Source of the DNA: a virus
Taxonomy: Duplodnaviria; Caudoviricetes
Virus record (IMG/VR): IMGVR_UViG_3300026541_000011
Coordinates: 1-41,042 of that record
Length of the DNA stretch: 41,042 nt
Direction: 5' to 3' (one strand)
The notes beneath the pieces are model-generated. The model did no database searches. It had not been told where the DNA came from and worked only from the letters and a program-made list of their open reading frames with translations. Position 1 is the stretch's first letter. Every line of letters begins with the position of its first letter. The translations under genes and the position numbers were made by a program. Below are positions 1 to 8,421 of this stretch, in pieces.

Positions 1-117
1 ATCAAGCGAAGCACCGACGGCTTGGTCTGGAATGAATAAACGCCATATCTGTTTACTCATAGTAAAGACCTCAGTTCGTTGAGCTTGGCTTTCTTAGAAT
101 AAGTAATTCCTTTTTCA
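1..117. repeat. Terminal direct repeat, copy 1 (circular assembly overlap)
   Basis: 1..117 is identical to 40926..41042. The stop of 57..287 overlaps the ATG of 40464..40985 (ATGA) across the join. Confidence 0.97.
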
Positions 118-287
118 TACAGAAGTAATTGGACTTCTTTTTTAGTCAGAGATGTTTTCTTGCTTTCGGCCTTTTCCTCAGCCCACAAAACATCTATATC
201 AACCCGTTTCCATCCTTGTTCCTCTAGTTTTGCAGCTTTTGCTTCGCTGTAAACAGGAATAATCCCTTCTTTCTGTAAATAGATCAT
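57..287 (-). CDS. Small head-module protein with C-terminal HeH/LEM-like motif
   Basis: GGAG RBS; C-terminus LTKKEVQLLLYEKGITYSKKAKLNELRSLL; lies downstream of the capsid genes. Confidence 0.7.
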   Translation of the reverse strand: MIYLQKEGIIPVYSEAKAAKLEEQGWKRVDIDVLWAEEKAESKKTSLTKKEVQLLLYEKGITYSKKAKLNELRSLL

Positions 288-304
288 AACCTTCTCCGTA
301 GAGG

Positions 305-328
305 TAAAGCCGCCCCTTTCGAGACGGC
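305..328 (-). terminator. Hairpin / probable weak intrinsic terminator after the capsid genes
   Basis: Minus strand GCCGTCTC-GAAA-GGGGCGGC followed by TTTA. Confidence 0.6.
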
Positions 329-360
329 GTAGTCATTAAGTGATGCGTAGCATCGTACTA

Positions 361-834
361 CTACGTAGTAGCTGGAGTCGCCAGAGTACCTGATGAAGCA
401 CAAAGACCGGATACAGTCCAGACAGTCGTAGAGATAGCCACAAATTTATAGTGAGTGCCTATCAAACCGCCTGTGGTCGTGCCGTTGTGGGTCAAGGTGA
501 TATGAGATGTTCCGTTAAGAAACTGACCCTCACTCACCGCCGTAGTGTCAATCATTTGTTGAAGACCGCCTGACAGAAACTCACTCGCTACCGTGGCAGT
601 CGTGATGACGTGGCTGTTTGACGTTACCGATACAGATACGGCAAATTCAAACTGTAATCCTGCTACTGGAGTCGGCAGGGTGATTACCGACCCTGCTGCC
701 TGATCCAGAAGGACTAAGGCACCTGAGTCTGCTGCGACTAATGTTAAAGTCGATCCGGCTGCTATAACTTCTCTGTGCCAACCGGGAGCCACTAGCCCTT
801 CAGGACTGTTGTAACCTACTTGTTCTAAAGCCAT
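361..834 (-). CDS. Putative capsid decoration / virion protein (start MALEQ at 834)
   Basis: GGAG RBS before ATG 834; G/T/A-rich beta protein (ITLP...GLQFEF...W) directly after the coat gene. Confidence 0.7.
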   Translation of the reverse strand: MALEQVGYNSPEGLVAPGWHREVIAAGSTLTLVAADSGALVLLDQAAGSVITLPTPVAGLQFEFAVSVSVTSNSHVITTATVASEFLSGGLQQMIDTTAVSEGQFLNGTSHITLTHNGTTTGGLIGTHYKFVAISTTVWTVSGLCASSGTLATPATT

Positions 835-856
835 GATATTTTCTCCGAAATATGTT

Positions 857-2089
857 TCAGTTCGTAATTCTGCAGCCCCAAGTGGGTCTGAGGGCGGCAA
901 AGCCGTATAGAATATCGATACGAAGCAACAACTCATCATTTCTAATGTCACTTCCAAGCCAGCACCGCATACTCAAGTTATCTTTCACCTGAGTAACACA
1001 TTTCTGCGCATCGTCAAAGATTGGAAGATCAACTGTAGCGAACTGATAGGCTTCTTTGTGATACATCAGGTTTTGAAGATACCCTGTTGAAGCCGCACCA
1101 ACCCATACTAAAGCATCGTTGTTTGCCGGAGATGAATCTACGTTTTGTCTCCCAGCAGATACATCGCTTGTGCTAAAGAAGATCGCCGGACTAAACGATA
1201 TTGCTGTAGTAGTCGGAGTTGTATCCGCTGTTACGACGAATTGCTGTAGATGGGAAAAACTCGCTTTCGTCTCAGGGTGAACCGCAAACCTGGAGGCCAG
1301 GGTGAATACAGACCCGACTGCTGGAGCTACTGAGGCACCGTCAATGGTCAGAGTTGTAAGGCCGTTAGTAAAAGACGCTTGGTTTATCGCTATCCCTGTA
1401 ACGTCTGAACTGTTGGTGTGGGTTGCCATACGATCATTCTCATACCAGTCTGCCATTGCAGTTCGTCCTACCATTCCTTCCCTATACTGCTCTTTAATCT
1501 GAGCCGAGTCTTGGAAGAGGCCTGAAAGACCTTGTACGACTCCTGCCATAGTCACGGAATCAGCACTGATATAACGGTTTCCGTCTTTTGGTGCGAGGTT
1601 CTGATTCAACTTAGCCCTTGCCTCGCCGCCTTCGGTTAGGTCAGTCATTGGAGTGCCGGGTGTTCCTACTAGATTAGCGGTGGCGTCCGTACAAAAGGCA
1701 ATGAAATCTCCTTCGATTCCTGAACATAAAACCGATAAAGCGGGTTCTATATAGGTCTTGGAAAGGTCATCAAAAGCAGCTCCGTTGTTGACTGACTGTT
1801 GAAGTTCTGCTGAGTTAAACCGCATATCAACACCGTCTTGGGTAGCGACTGTGAAGGTCTGGGTTCTTTCGTCTTGGTCTTGTACATCCATAACCCTCGA
1901 TCCTTTTCTGCGGACGTACTGGTTGGGTTCCCTTACCCTAATCGATTGGCCGTTCGGCCCTCGACTGGCATCGTATCTAAACGATTTGTCATATTGCATA
2001 TCGGTCGTGCCGATAAACTGTAATTTTTCGTGCGCTATCCGCTGGGCTTCTTTTAAGACCAAATCGGTTACACTAAGTGTATTAGCCAT
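857..2089 (-). CDS. Major capsid protein, P22 coat (gp5) family
   Basis: MANTL N-terminus, GQSIRVREP, C-terminal RIDILYGFAALRP; 410 aa; follows the scaffold gene. Confidence 0.92.
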   Translation of the reverse strand: MANTLSVTDLVLKEAQRIAHEKLQFIGTTDMQYDKSFRYDASRGPNGQSIRVREPNQYVRRKGSRVMDVQDQDERTQTFTVATQDGVDMRFNSAELQQSVNNGAAFDDLSKTYIEPALSVLCSGIEGDFIAFCTDATANLVGTPGTPMTDLTEGGEARAKLNQNLAPKDGNRYISADSVTMAGVVQGLSGLFQDSAQIKEQYREGMVGRTAMADWYENDRMATHTNSSDVTGIAINQASFTNGLTTLTIDGASVAPAVGSVFTLASRFAVHPETKASFSHLQQFVVTADTTPTTTAISFSPAIFFSTSDVSAGRQNVDSSPANNDALVWVGAASTGYLQNLMYHKEAYQFATVDLPIFDDAQKCVTQVKDNLSMRCWLGSDIRNDELLLRIDILYGFAALRPTWGCRITN

Positions 2090-2895
2090 TACCTTTTCCT
2101 ATATTTTGCCCTCCACTTCTCAAAAGACTCTTGTGACGTACCGGGGCCGGTTTCGACCTTTTCATTCACTGGGTCTATCTTTGGGGCAGGTTTCGGAGCC
2201 TTAGACGTATCAACGGGCTTTACACTTAGATTAGCTTCTAACTTGACGACTTCTCTCATCATCCCCGCATAGTTCATTCGCGAGAGCTTGGAGGCCATAT
2301 TTAAGTTCTTACCTAAATGGTAAATAACTTCCGGCCCCATATCCGATGTCCTTATCGTGTCTGCTAACGCTGGGCTTATTTCAAGTCCTCGCGTATTGGT
2401 GACCGCATAATAATCGTCATGCTTGACAGCATACTTAGCCTCTTTAGACCTGAAATCAGACTCTTGTTTTTCATAGGTTTGTTTCGCTGCTTCGGTTTTG
2501 TATTCCTCTGCGGCTTCGACCTTACCCATATCTCGATTATGAGCGGCAAATTTCGCCTCATCATACTCGAAGCTTTCAAGCGTCCTTTCGGTCTCTTTGG
2601 CTAATGGTTCAGGAACAGGCTTTTGAGCTTCGTTGCGCCAGCGATCCCGATCCGATCTTAGTTCATAAATATCCGCTGTTAAATCGTCTATTCGTTTTTT
2701 GAACCCATCCGTTTCTTTCTCTTCTGGTTCAGTTTCGGGTGACGGCTCCGAGGCTTCAACTTTTGTTGCCTCATCATCTTTGGGAGATTCAGTCGTTTCT
2801 TCGGTTTTGGCCTCCGCTTCTACCGCTTCTACTTCTTTAACTTCCTCGACTACTGTTTCGTCGGTTACGGCTTCCGCCGCTGCTTCTTCTGACAT
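2089..2895 (-). CDS. Scaffolding protein (likely start MSEEA at 2895)
   Basis: Acidic N-terminus, FKKRIDDLT coiled coil, GPEVIYHLGKN, KAPKP, basic C-terminal helix; immediately upstream of coat. Confidence 0.85.
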   Translation of the reverse strand: MSEEAAAEAVTDETVVEEVKEVEAVEAEAKTEETTESPKDDEATKVEASEPSPETEPEEKETDGFKKRIDDLTADIYELRSDRDRWRNEAQKPVPEPLAKETERTLESFEYDEAKFAAHNRDMGKVEAAEEYKTEAAKQTYEKQESDFRSKEAKYAVKHDDYYAVTNTRGLEISPALADTIRTSDMGPEVIYHLGKNLNMASKLSRMNYAGMMREVVKLEANLSVKPVDTSKAPKPAPKIDPVNEKVETGPGTSQESFEKWRAKYRKR

Positions 2896-2909
2896 TTCGA
2901 TTGCTCGTT

Positions 2910-2979
2910 TCGTGTTGCCAACACGTATGGGGTTGTTCGCACCTTTACGAACTGCCTTTAACCCTGCGTAACTCACAGG
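2910..2979 (-). promoter_or_regulatory. Three-hairpin 5' leader of the scaffold gene
   Basis: Minus strand CCTGTG-AGTTA-CGCAGG, GTTCGTA-AAGG-TGCGAAC and CGTGTT-GGC-AACACG just before the start codon. Confidence 0.55.
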
Positions 2980-2983
2980 TAAG

Positions 2984-3021
2984 TCTTATATTATAATATT
3001 CTTATATTATAAAGTAGTCAA
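2984..3021 (-). promoter_or_regulatory. Possible sigma70 promoter with a 13-bp direct repeat
   Basis: TTGACT-17-TATTAT on the minus strand; TCTTATATTATAA at 2984 and 3000. Confidence 0.4.
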
Positions 3022-3033
3022 ATACTTAATGAA

Positions 3034-3219
3034 TCATAGTTTATCGGTTACGAATTTCATCAAGAAATCTAGTATTTCATTATCGTCTTGAATAATACGG
3101 GTCTTCCGTCGAGTATTATCTGGATATTCTGCAAATCCTTTACCAACTTTTTTAACTACTGGTTCTAGTGTCTGAAAGAATATAAATACCCCTGGACCCA
3201 TAGGTAAGGTCATCCTCAT
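3034..3219 (-). CDS. Hypothetical protein
   Basis: ATGA-coupled to the upstream gene; C-terminal IIQDDNEILDFL. Confidence 0.6.
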   Translation of the reverse strand: MRMTLPMGPGVFIFFQTLEPVVKKVGKGFAEYPDNTRRKTRIIQDDNEILDFLMKFVTDKL

Positions 3220-3647
3220 GCCGGTATGTAATATCCCATTATTGTCATGTGAATATCATCATCTGTTGTTTTTGCATTGACGAATTTTCCTTCGGTAACT
3301 AGAATATTAGTAGGGTTCAGAGTAACAGAATCCCCTCGAATCATTGCCTCTTGATGTAAAATTTTATCTGCTGTAAGTGAAGTGGGAGACGATGCTTCGT
3401 AAATTACAACATCTGCGTCTACAGTATTGCTAACTTGGCGGTCTGCTTTTGCTCTAAGGCCAGTGATAACAAATTGTTCTCCGACTTTAGGTTTGTAAAA
3501 ATTATAAGCTGTATTATCTGCGGCTAATTCTATGAATTGTGTATCGTCATATGCAAATGGAGCAACAATAAGCTGACCTATTTTTGAAACACCAGCCTTA
3601 GATTTTGTACCTTTATTTCCATCTGTTATCTGAACTGGAGCTGACAT
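3216..3647 (-). CDS. Putative virion protein, DG-motif paralog 3
   Basis: N-terminus QITDGNKGTKSKAGV; TAATG coupling; beta-rich. Confidence 0.75.
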   Translation of the reverse strand: MSAPVQITDGNKGTKSKAGVSKIGQLIVAPFAYDDTQFIELAADNTAYNFYKPKVGEQFVITGLRAKADRQVSNTVDADVVIYEASSPTSLTADKILHQEAMIRGDSVTLNPTNILVTEGKFVNAKTTDDDIHMTIMGYYIPA

Positions 3648-4186
3648 TAATCGAAATAAAACTCAACTGAGCAAGTAGCAAAAGTAGTATTGGTAGTACA
3701 TTCGATAGCAATTGCATCACCGTTCCCCAGAATTATAGCTCCGGCCCATTCGACCATCATGGTGTCTGAGGCAAGAATTCTTGCATGGTGTAACTTGGTA
3801 GTAGAGAGACCGGTGATGCTGGCGCCCCCAAGACAAGTTACTGATGCCGTGTCAGATGAATTGAAATTCAAGTTAGTGGGCGTTACAGCGTTGCCTCCTG
3901 TTGTCGTCCCAGTAACCTTGTAAAGATGAAACATACTCGCCGAATTAGTATTCATAATAATACGGTTAATATGAAGATTTAATGCAGTATCATCATTTTT
4001 CAAGTAGAAAAATATTTGATTAGTACCCGTTGTGGTAAAGTTTGTTTCTGCAATAAACGCTCTTCCTTCTACTTCTGAAACCGCGACAATTTCTTTTCTG
4101 ACAACAGCAGCAGCTCTTACACGATTGGATGAATCTACTTCAAGTAAATATCCTCGCCCTTTCCCGTCTTCTATTTGCAAACCTAT
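3647..4186 (-). CDS. Putative virion protein, DG-motif paralog 2 (start ATA 4186 or TTG 4180)
   Basis: QIEDGKGRGYLLEVD and FYLKND; AGGAGG lies 8 nt before an in-frame ATA. Confidence 0.75.
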   Translation of the reverse strand: MGLQIEDGKGRGYLLEVDSSNRVRAAAVVRKEIVAVSEVEGRAFIAETNFTTTGTNQIFFYLKNDDTALNLHINRIIMNTNSASMFHLYKVTGTTTGGNAVTPTNLNFNSSDTASVTCLGGASITGLSTTKLHHARILASDTMMVEWAGAIILGNGDAIAIECTTNTTFATCSVEFYFD

Positions 4187-4332
4187 GGCTGTACCCTCCT
4201 GGGAACATTATGGCCCCAATTAGTTATTTCTTTTGGCATTTGTCTATTATAAGTTAATTCATAATGACAACTAGAACACAATTCATCCATTACATTACCT
4301 TTAACAAATCTACCCTTATTGTCCCTAAGCAT
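4183..4332 (-). pseudogene. Internally deleted HNH endonuclease remnant, 49 aa
   Basis: Translates to MLRDNKGRFVKGNVMDELCSSCHYELTYNRQMPKEITNWGHNVPRRVQP: an RDxKGRFVKG start joined almost directly to LCxxCH. Confidence 0.55.
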
Positions 4333-4922
4333 TATTCTTCCTCATGTATAAAACCAATAATAGCCGCGTATACGGTCATACTGGTATTACTAGCCTGTGG
4401 TTTAATTTTTATACCGAAAGTAGTTCCTTTCGGCAATACTTCTCCAATAGTAATGAACGATCTTGCATCTGCTTTAGCATAAACAAAAATATGATCATCA
4501 CCACCGGTCATGGTGTTGCCAGTAGCGCCTTTATAAACATCAGCAATTAATATTTTATTGCTGCCGTAATTACGGTTACTCTTAATATCAACGTTAATAG
4601 CATTAGAAACAATAGTTCCGGCAGTAGGATTTCGGATAAACGTAACTTCAGGAATGCCCCCAGACCCACCAGTGCTTGGGCCTAATCCCAGGGCTATTGC
4701 TTTGATAATGTAATCTCTGTCTTCATTATTCTTAAAATAAAGGACAGGAGTGTCAACTGCATTAGTGAGGGTAATTTTCCCGGTATTAATATTGTAAGCA
4801 TCGCCTTCTTCATTAGCTTCCTCTTCTTCACTTCCTGTAACAGAAAAGCTATGAAGACGTTGCTTATTATCAACCTCGGCTAAAAACCCTCTACCTTTAC
4901 CATCTGAAATTGTATCTGGCAT
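4332..4922 (-). CDS. Putative virion protein, DG-motif paralog 1
   Basis: TISDGKGRGFLAEVD and LYFKNN. Confidence 0.8.
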   Translation of the reverse strand: MPDTISDGKGRGFLAEVDNKQRLHSFSVTGSEEEEANEEGDAYNINTGKITLTNAVDTPVLYFKNNEDRDYIIKAIALGLGPSTGGSGGIPEVTFIRNPTAGTIVSNAINVDIKSNRNYGSNKILIADVYKGATGNTMTGGDDHIFVYAKADARSFITIGEVLPKGTTFGIKIKPQASNTSMTVYAAIIGFIHEEE

Positions 4923-4924
4923 TA

Positions 4925-5212
4925 TTATAAATCCTCGTGGGTAAAGTAATTATCTGTCAATATAGACAAGTGGAGATTAGTTATCTTTAGCTCTTTAACA
5001 ATCGCCTCAAGACCTGTGTAAATATTTTCCTGCTGTACGTGTGCTGTGGTTGTTAACTGGACAAGAAGCCCGTCTTCTGTAACAAGCATTGCAGTGCCGT
5101 CTTTACCTAATGCTAACTTATAAACAGGGTAATGAACACTACCTATTACATCGGTTGCTATAGGTACCGCTGTACCATCTTTGCTAGGCGTGACAGGTAT
5201 GTTATCAACCAT
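4925..5212 (-). CDS. Hypothetical structural-module protein
   Basis: Coupled ORF with IATDVIGSVHYPVYKL; likely start MVDNI. Confidence 0.7.
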   Translation of the reverse strand: MVDNIPVTPSKDGTAVPIATDVIGSVHYPVYKLALGKDGTAMLVTEDGLLVQLTTTAHVQQENIYTGLEAIVKELKITNLHLSILTDNYFTHEDL

Positions 5213-5627
5213 TAGACGTTGCAACTATGCGTAGGATAAAATTGTTTCTATCACGCTCAATGTCGAATACCCATTCAGTCGGGTGTTTTTCAGGCTCAGG
5301 TTGATTAGTCACTATAACCTCTCTGACGGGTTCTGGCTGGTTTGTTACTGTCACCTCCCTGACAGGTGTGGTGGGGTTGACCACCTCGACCAATACTGGT
5401 TCTGTTATAAGGTCTTTCTTCTGATTTACCTTATTTGGAATCGCAATGTCAGCAACCGAATATGGTAAGCTTCCTGTCTCAACCTCCTCATGTATCAGAG
5501 CTTTATTTAATCCACTTTGAATAGACTGAAGACCTGCGACTATATTCCTCAACCACGCCGATTGAGGGGCAACACCATTCCTGTGTCCGGAAAGGGAGTT
5601 AAGTTCGGTGTATTGGTTATTGGGCAT
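5205..5627 (-). CDS. Hypothetical protein with PVREVxVTNQPE repeats
   Basis: Overlaps the portal stop; tandem 12-aa repeat. Confidence 0.7.
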   Translation of the reverse strand: MPNNQYTELNSLSGHRNGVAPQSAWLRNIVAGLQSIQSGLNKALIHEEVETGSLPYSVADIAIPNKVNQKKDLITEPVLVEVVNPTTPVREVTVTNQPEPVREVIVTNQPEPEKHPTEWVFDIERDRNNFILRIVATSNG

Positions 5628-7884
5628 TTTCGTAAGTAGGTACAGCCGATAATTGACCGTTTTCACGCCTTAAATCTATTTTGCTTATCCTGTCCTTGTT
5701 TTGAATTTCAGCTAAAGTCTTAAAAGCTGCCTGGTTAAACTGGTTAGCCATTTCCTTAATCCCTGCTACTGACTGGTCTAACTCGCTAACAAGGGCATCG
5801 TTAAAGGCGTCCTTATTCTCTGGGGACTCTTCATTACCAGCTTTTTCTTCCTCACTTAATATGATATTTGTATAGGTAAGTTTAGCCTCCTTGTCTACCA
5901 GTCTAGAGACTTCTTTAGCGATAGTTCCCTGGAATGTAGCCACTAGAGTCTTAAAGTTGGCCTGTTCTGTCTTTAGGTTAGATATAGCTTTCTCTACGTC
6001 TACTCTAGCTATACCAGCCTCAGTCTTGACTTTCTCAGCCTCAGCCCCGGCCTGTTGGACGACTTGCATTTGTTGCTCAACCATTTGCATGCCTTGTTGG
6101 GCTTGTTGCATCAACATCTGAACCTCAGGCGGTATTTGTTGGTCTTTATTTAACATCTCCTGAATCTGCGGCGGTAACATGACTTTAGCCCTTTCAGCCA
6201 TTTCATCACTAAAAGGTACGTCCATTGCTTTAAAGAGCAAGTCTCCATAAACCAGCATCATTTGTTCATTGCCTAAAAATAACTGACCGAATGTCTCAAC
6301 AAATTCTTGGCGTTTAGTAGAAAAACTCGCGCCAGTCGTCACAGTTACGTCATAACGCCCTACTGATAGATCGTTAATTTTAATCGGGTACCCATTATCG
6401 TCTAAGACAGTCTGACCCATTTCATCCTTGGCAAACTGGTTAAAAGTTATATAGTCCTCTTCACCATCAGCTCCAAGTATTCTCATTTCCCTTTCGGTGT
6501 CGTAAACATAAGGAATCAAATCAATCAATATTTCGTAAGTCCTTTGAACGCCTTTAGCCATATTGTCAGGGTAGTTAAAAGTAATAGTGTCTCCTGACTC
6601 TTGTCGGGCGTATATCGCTCTTCCTGATTGAGAGGTTTCCTCTCCACGATCAGGCGGGAAAATACCCATTACCTCATCTATTTCAGCACTGGCTATCGCG
6701 CTTTCCTGAATTAAAGCACTAGGAATAGTAGCGCCACCTGATTTCTGTGGTGGGCCGGGGCTTAATGGATCAGGGTTAAACATTTGAAAAGGAAAGTTCT
6801 TTCTATGCGCCTCTTCCCATTTATCTGTGTGCCCTTCGGCTTGTTTAGGAGTAACCCAGTCAAACTCTAGTGGAGCCATTGCAATAGTCTCTGCAATAGC
6901 CGTTCTACTGACGTTATATGACCTTTGAGCGTCTTTGGCAAACTCTCCAAGACCATACCAATAAGTCTGGCCGTCAACTATCATGTACTCACCAAAAACC
7001 TTAATAAACGGAAACATAGTCCCAGCCCACTCAACCGGCCCTTCTATAATTGCTGCGCCAGATACTATAACCATCATTATTTTATGGGTGTCGATAGTTT
7101 TCTTTTCCTTGACTCTTGTCTGCTGTAAAGCCGCTGCTTCATCGGCACTAGCATCTACGATAGTCCCATCGTCTAGTTTCCACAGTTCCTTTGTAGTTGG
7201 TTCCTTATACCAATACTCAGCTATTCTTATCTTATCTTCGTCCTCCCACTCGTCATCGTCATCAAACTCATGGTCTTCAAAACTGATAAGGTCTTCGTCT
7301 GGATATTTTCGTTCGTAGTCTGTCTTCCTTATCTTTTCAGTTAAAACCCAGTCCTCACAGTCCCTCTTTAACATGTCTCTTGCGCCTGGATCGTGGAATA
7401 AAGTAAAAGGATTGGCTATAGGCATAACCTTTATATCTTGAATAAAAGGATTATCGTCTGGTTCCTCAGTTATGATCCTCCAAGCACCCATCCCACCACC
7501 TACCTGATACTCTGCAGCGTAGTCCATTATGGTGTCACCGTCCGAGGTATTCCAGATGTTCCTTATTAAACCTTCTCTATACTCGGCTTGTTTCTTATCG
7601 GTTCCCTCAACACCCCGAATCTTTCCTTGTGGCCGGTTAGTCCTAATATGGTTAATGACTTTCTTCGCGTTAACACGGACTTTATTAAATTCGTAACAAG
7701 GTCTTAATCCTCTCTCAACCTTTTGGTTGTAATCCCATTGCTCACCAGGAATATTGACAAACTTCATATTTTCCATAGCACCGATAAGATTATCTTCATC
7801 GGCGTCTTTCATTATTGTAAATCTGTCTCGAACCTTCTGGAGCAAGTCTTTGTTGGCTTGTTTGGTGTCTTTGTTTTTAGCCAT
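5617..7884 (-). CDS. Portal protein, P22 gp1 family
   Basis: 755 aa; GEQW, RPCYEFNKV, GGMGAWRI, AKDAQRSYN, GRYDVTVTTGASFSTKRQE; long C-terminal coiled coil. Confidence 0.93.
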   Translation of the reverse strand: MAKNKDTKQANKDLLQKVRDRFTIMKDADEDNLIGAMENMKFVNIPGEQWDYNQKVERGLRPCYEFNKVRVNAKKVINHIRTNRPQGKIRGVEGTDKKQAEYREGLIRNIWNTSDGDTIMDYAAEYQVGGGMGAWRIITEEPDDNPFIQDIKVMPIANPFTLFHDPGARDMLKRDCEDWVLTEKIRKTDYERKYPDEDLISFEDHEFDDDDEWEDEDKIRIAEYWYKEPTTKELWKLDDGTIVDASADEAAALQQTRVKEKKTIDTHKIMMVIVSGAAIIEGPVEWAGTMFPFIKVFGEYMIVDGQTYWYGLGEFAKDAQRSYNVSRTAIAETIAMAPLEFDWVTPKQAEGHTDKWEEAHRKNFPFQMFNPDPLSPGPPQKSGGATIPSALIQESAIASAEIDEVMGIFPPDRGEETSQSGRAIYARQESGDTITFNYPDNMAKGVQRTYEILIDLIPYVYDTEREMRILGADGEEDYITFNQFAKDEMGQTVLDDNGYPIKINDLSVGRYDVTVTTGASFSTKRQEFVETFGQLFLGNEQMMLVYGDLLFKAMDVPFSDEMAERAKVMLPPQIQEMLNKDQQIPPEVQMLMQQAQQGMQMVEQQMQVVQQAGAEAEKVKTEAGIARVDVEKAISNLKTEQANFKTLVATFQGTIAKEVSRLVDKEAKLTYTNIILSEEEKAGNEESPENKDAFNDALVSELDQSVAGIKEMANQFNQAAFKTLAEIQNKDRISKIDLRRENGQLSAVPTYENAQ

Positions 7885-8125
7885 ATCTATTAATCCATTG
7901 CCATAAAATAAGAGGACTATAAATCACCCTCTTAAATGCTAGAACTCGTCGTTGCCGTTTAATTTCCATTTCGGCAGCCGATACTAATTTCTTCACAAAT
8001 CTTTCTGATTCTTCAGGTGTTAAATCGCTTAGTTTCTTAGCCATACAGTCCATTCTATATACTGGCCCCCATCTGGTTGTTTTATGATATCTGGTGATTC
8101 TAATTGCTTTCATGTTCCTAGACAT
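7877..8125 (-). CDS. Hypothetical protein inserted between terL and portal
   Basis: ORF track; stop overlaps the portal start. Confidence 0.6.
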   Translation of the reverse strand: MSRNMKAIRITRYHKTTRWGPVYRMDCMAKKLSDLTPEESERFVKKLVSAAEMEIKRQRRVLAFKRVIYSPLILWQWINRYG

Positions 8126-8232
8126 AATTGGTACACTCTAACCGTTATATATCCCCGTGATTTCTGGCACTTTCTCTCTATTTGAAGCAATAATCAATGA
8201 CTTACATGTAAATGACACTGGAATTGGTACAA

Positions 8233-8421
8233 TCATTTCGTCCATAACCCTGTCTCATACTTACGCTCAATATAAAAAGACCGGAGCATTAACCAATTAT
8301 AAGGGCGGTATAGATAACTACAGACTCTACACCATATCATAGGTTTACTGAAGATATGGCCTAAGCCATGCCAAAATCTCACCCGAAACCATGCGAAATA
8401 ATATTTCATTTTCCTAACCAT
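8233..8421 (-). CDS. Hypothetical basic/aromatic protein
   Basis: Start overlaps the terL stop. Confidence 0.45.
   Translation of the reverse strand: MVRKMKYYFAWFRVRFWHGLGHIFSKPMIWCRVCSYLYRPYNWLMLRSFYIERKYETGLWTK

Noticed and set aside
1-117. Terminal repeat as a physical virion end
   Set aside because: It falls inside coupled late genes, and P22-like phages are usually headful packagers. An assembly overlap is the simpler explanation.
835-957. Programmed frameshift fusing coat to the downstream protein
   Set aside because: The frames overlap openly, but I see no slippery heptamer and the downstream gene has its own GGAG RBS and ATG at 834.
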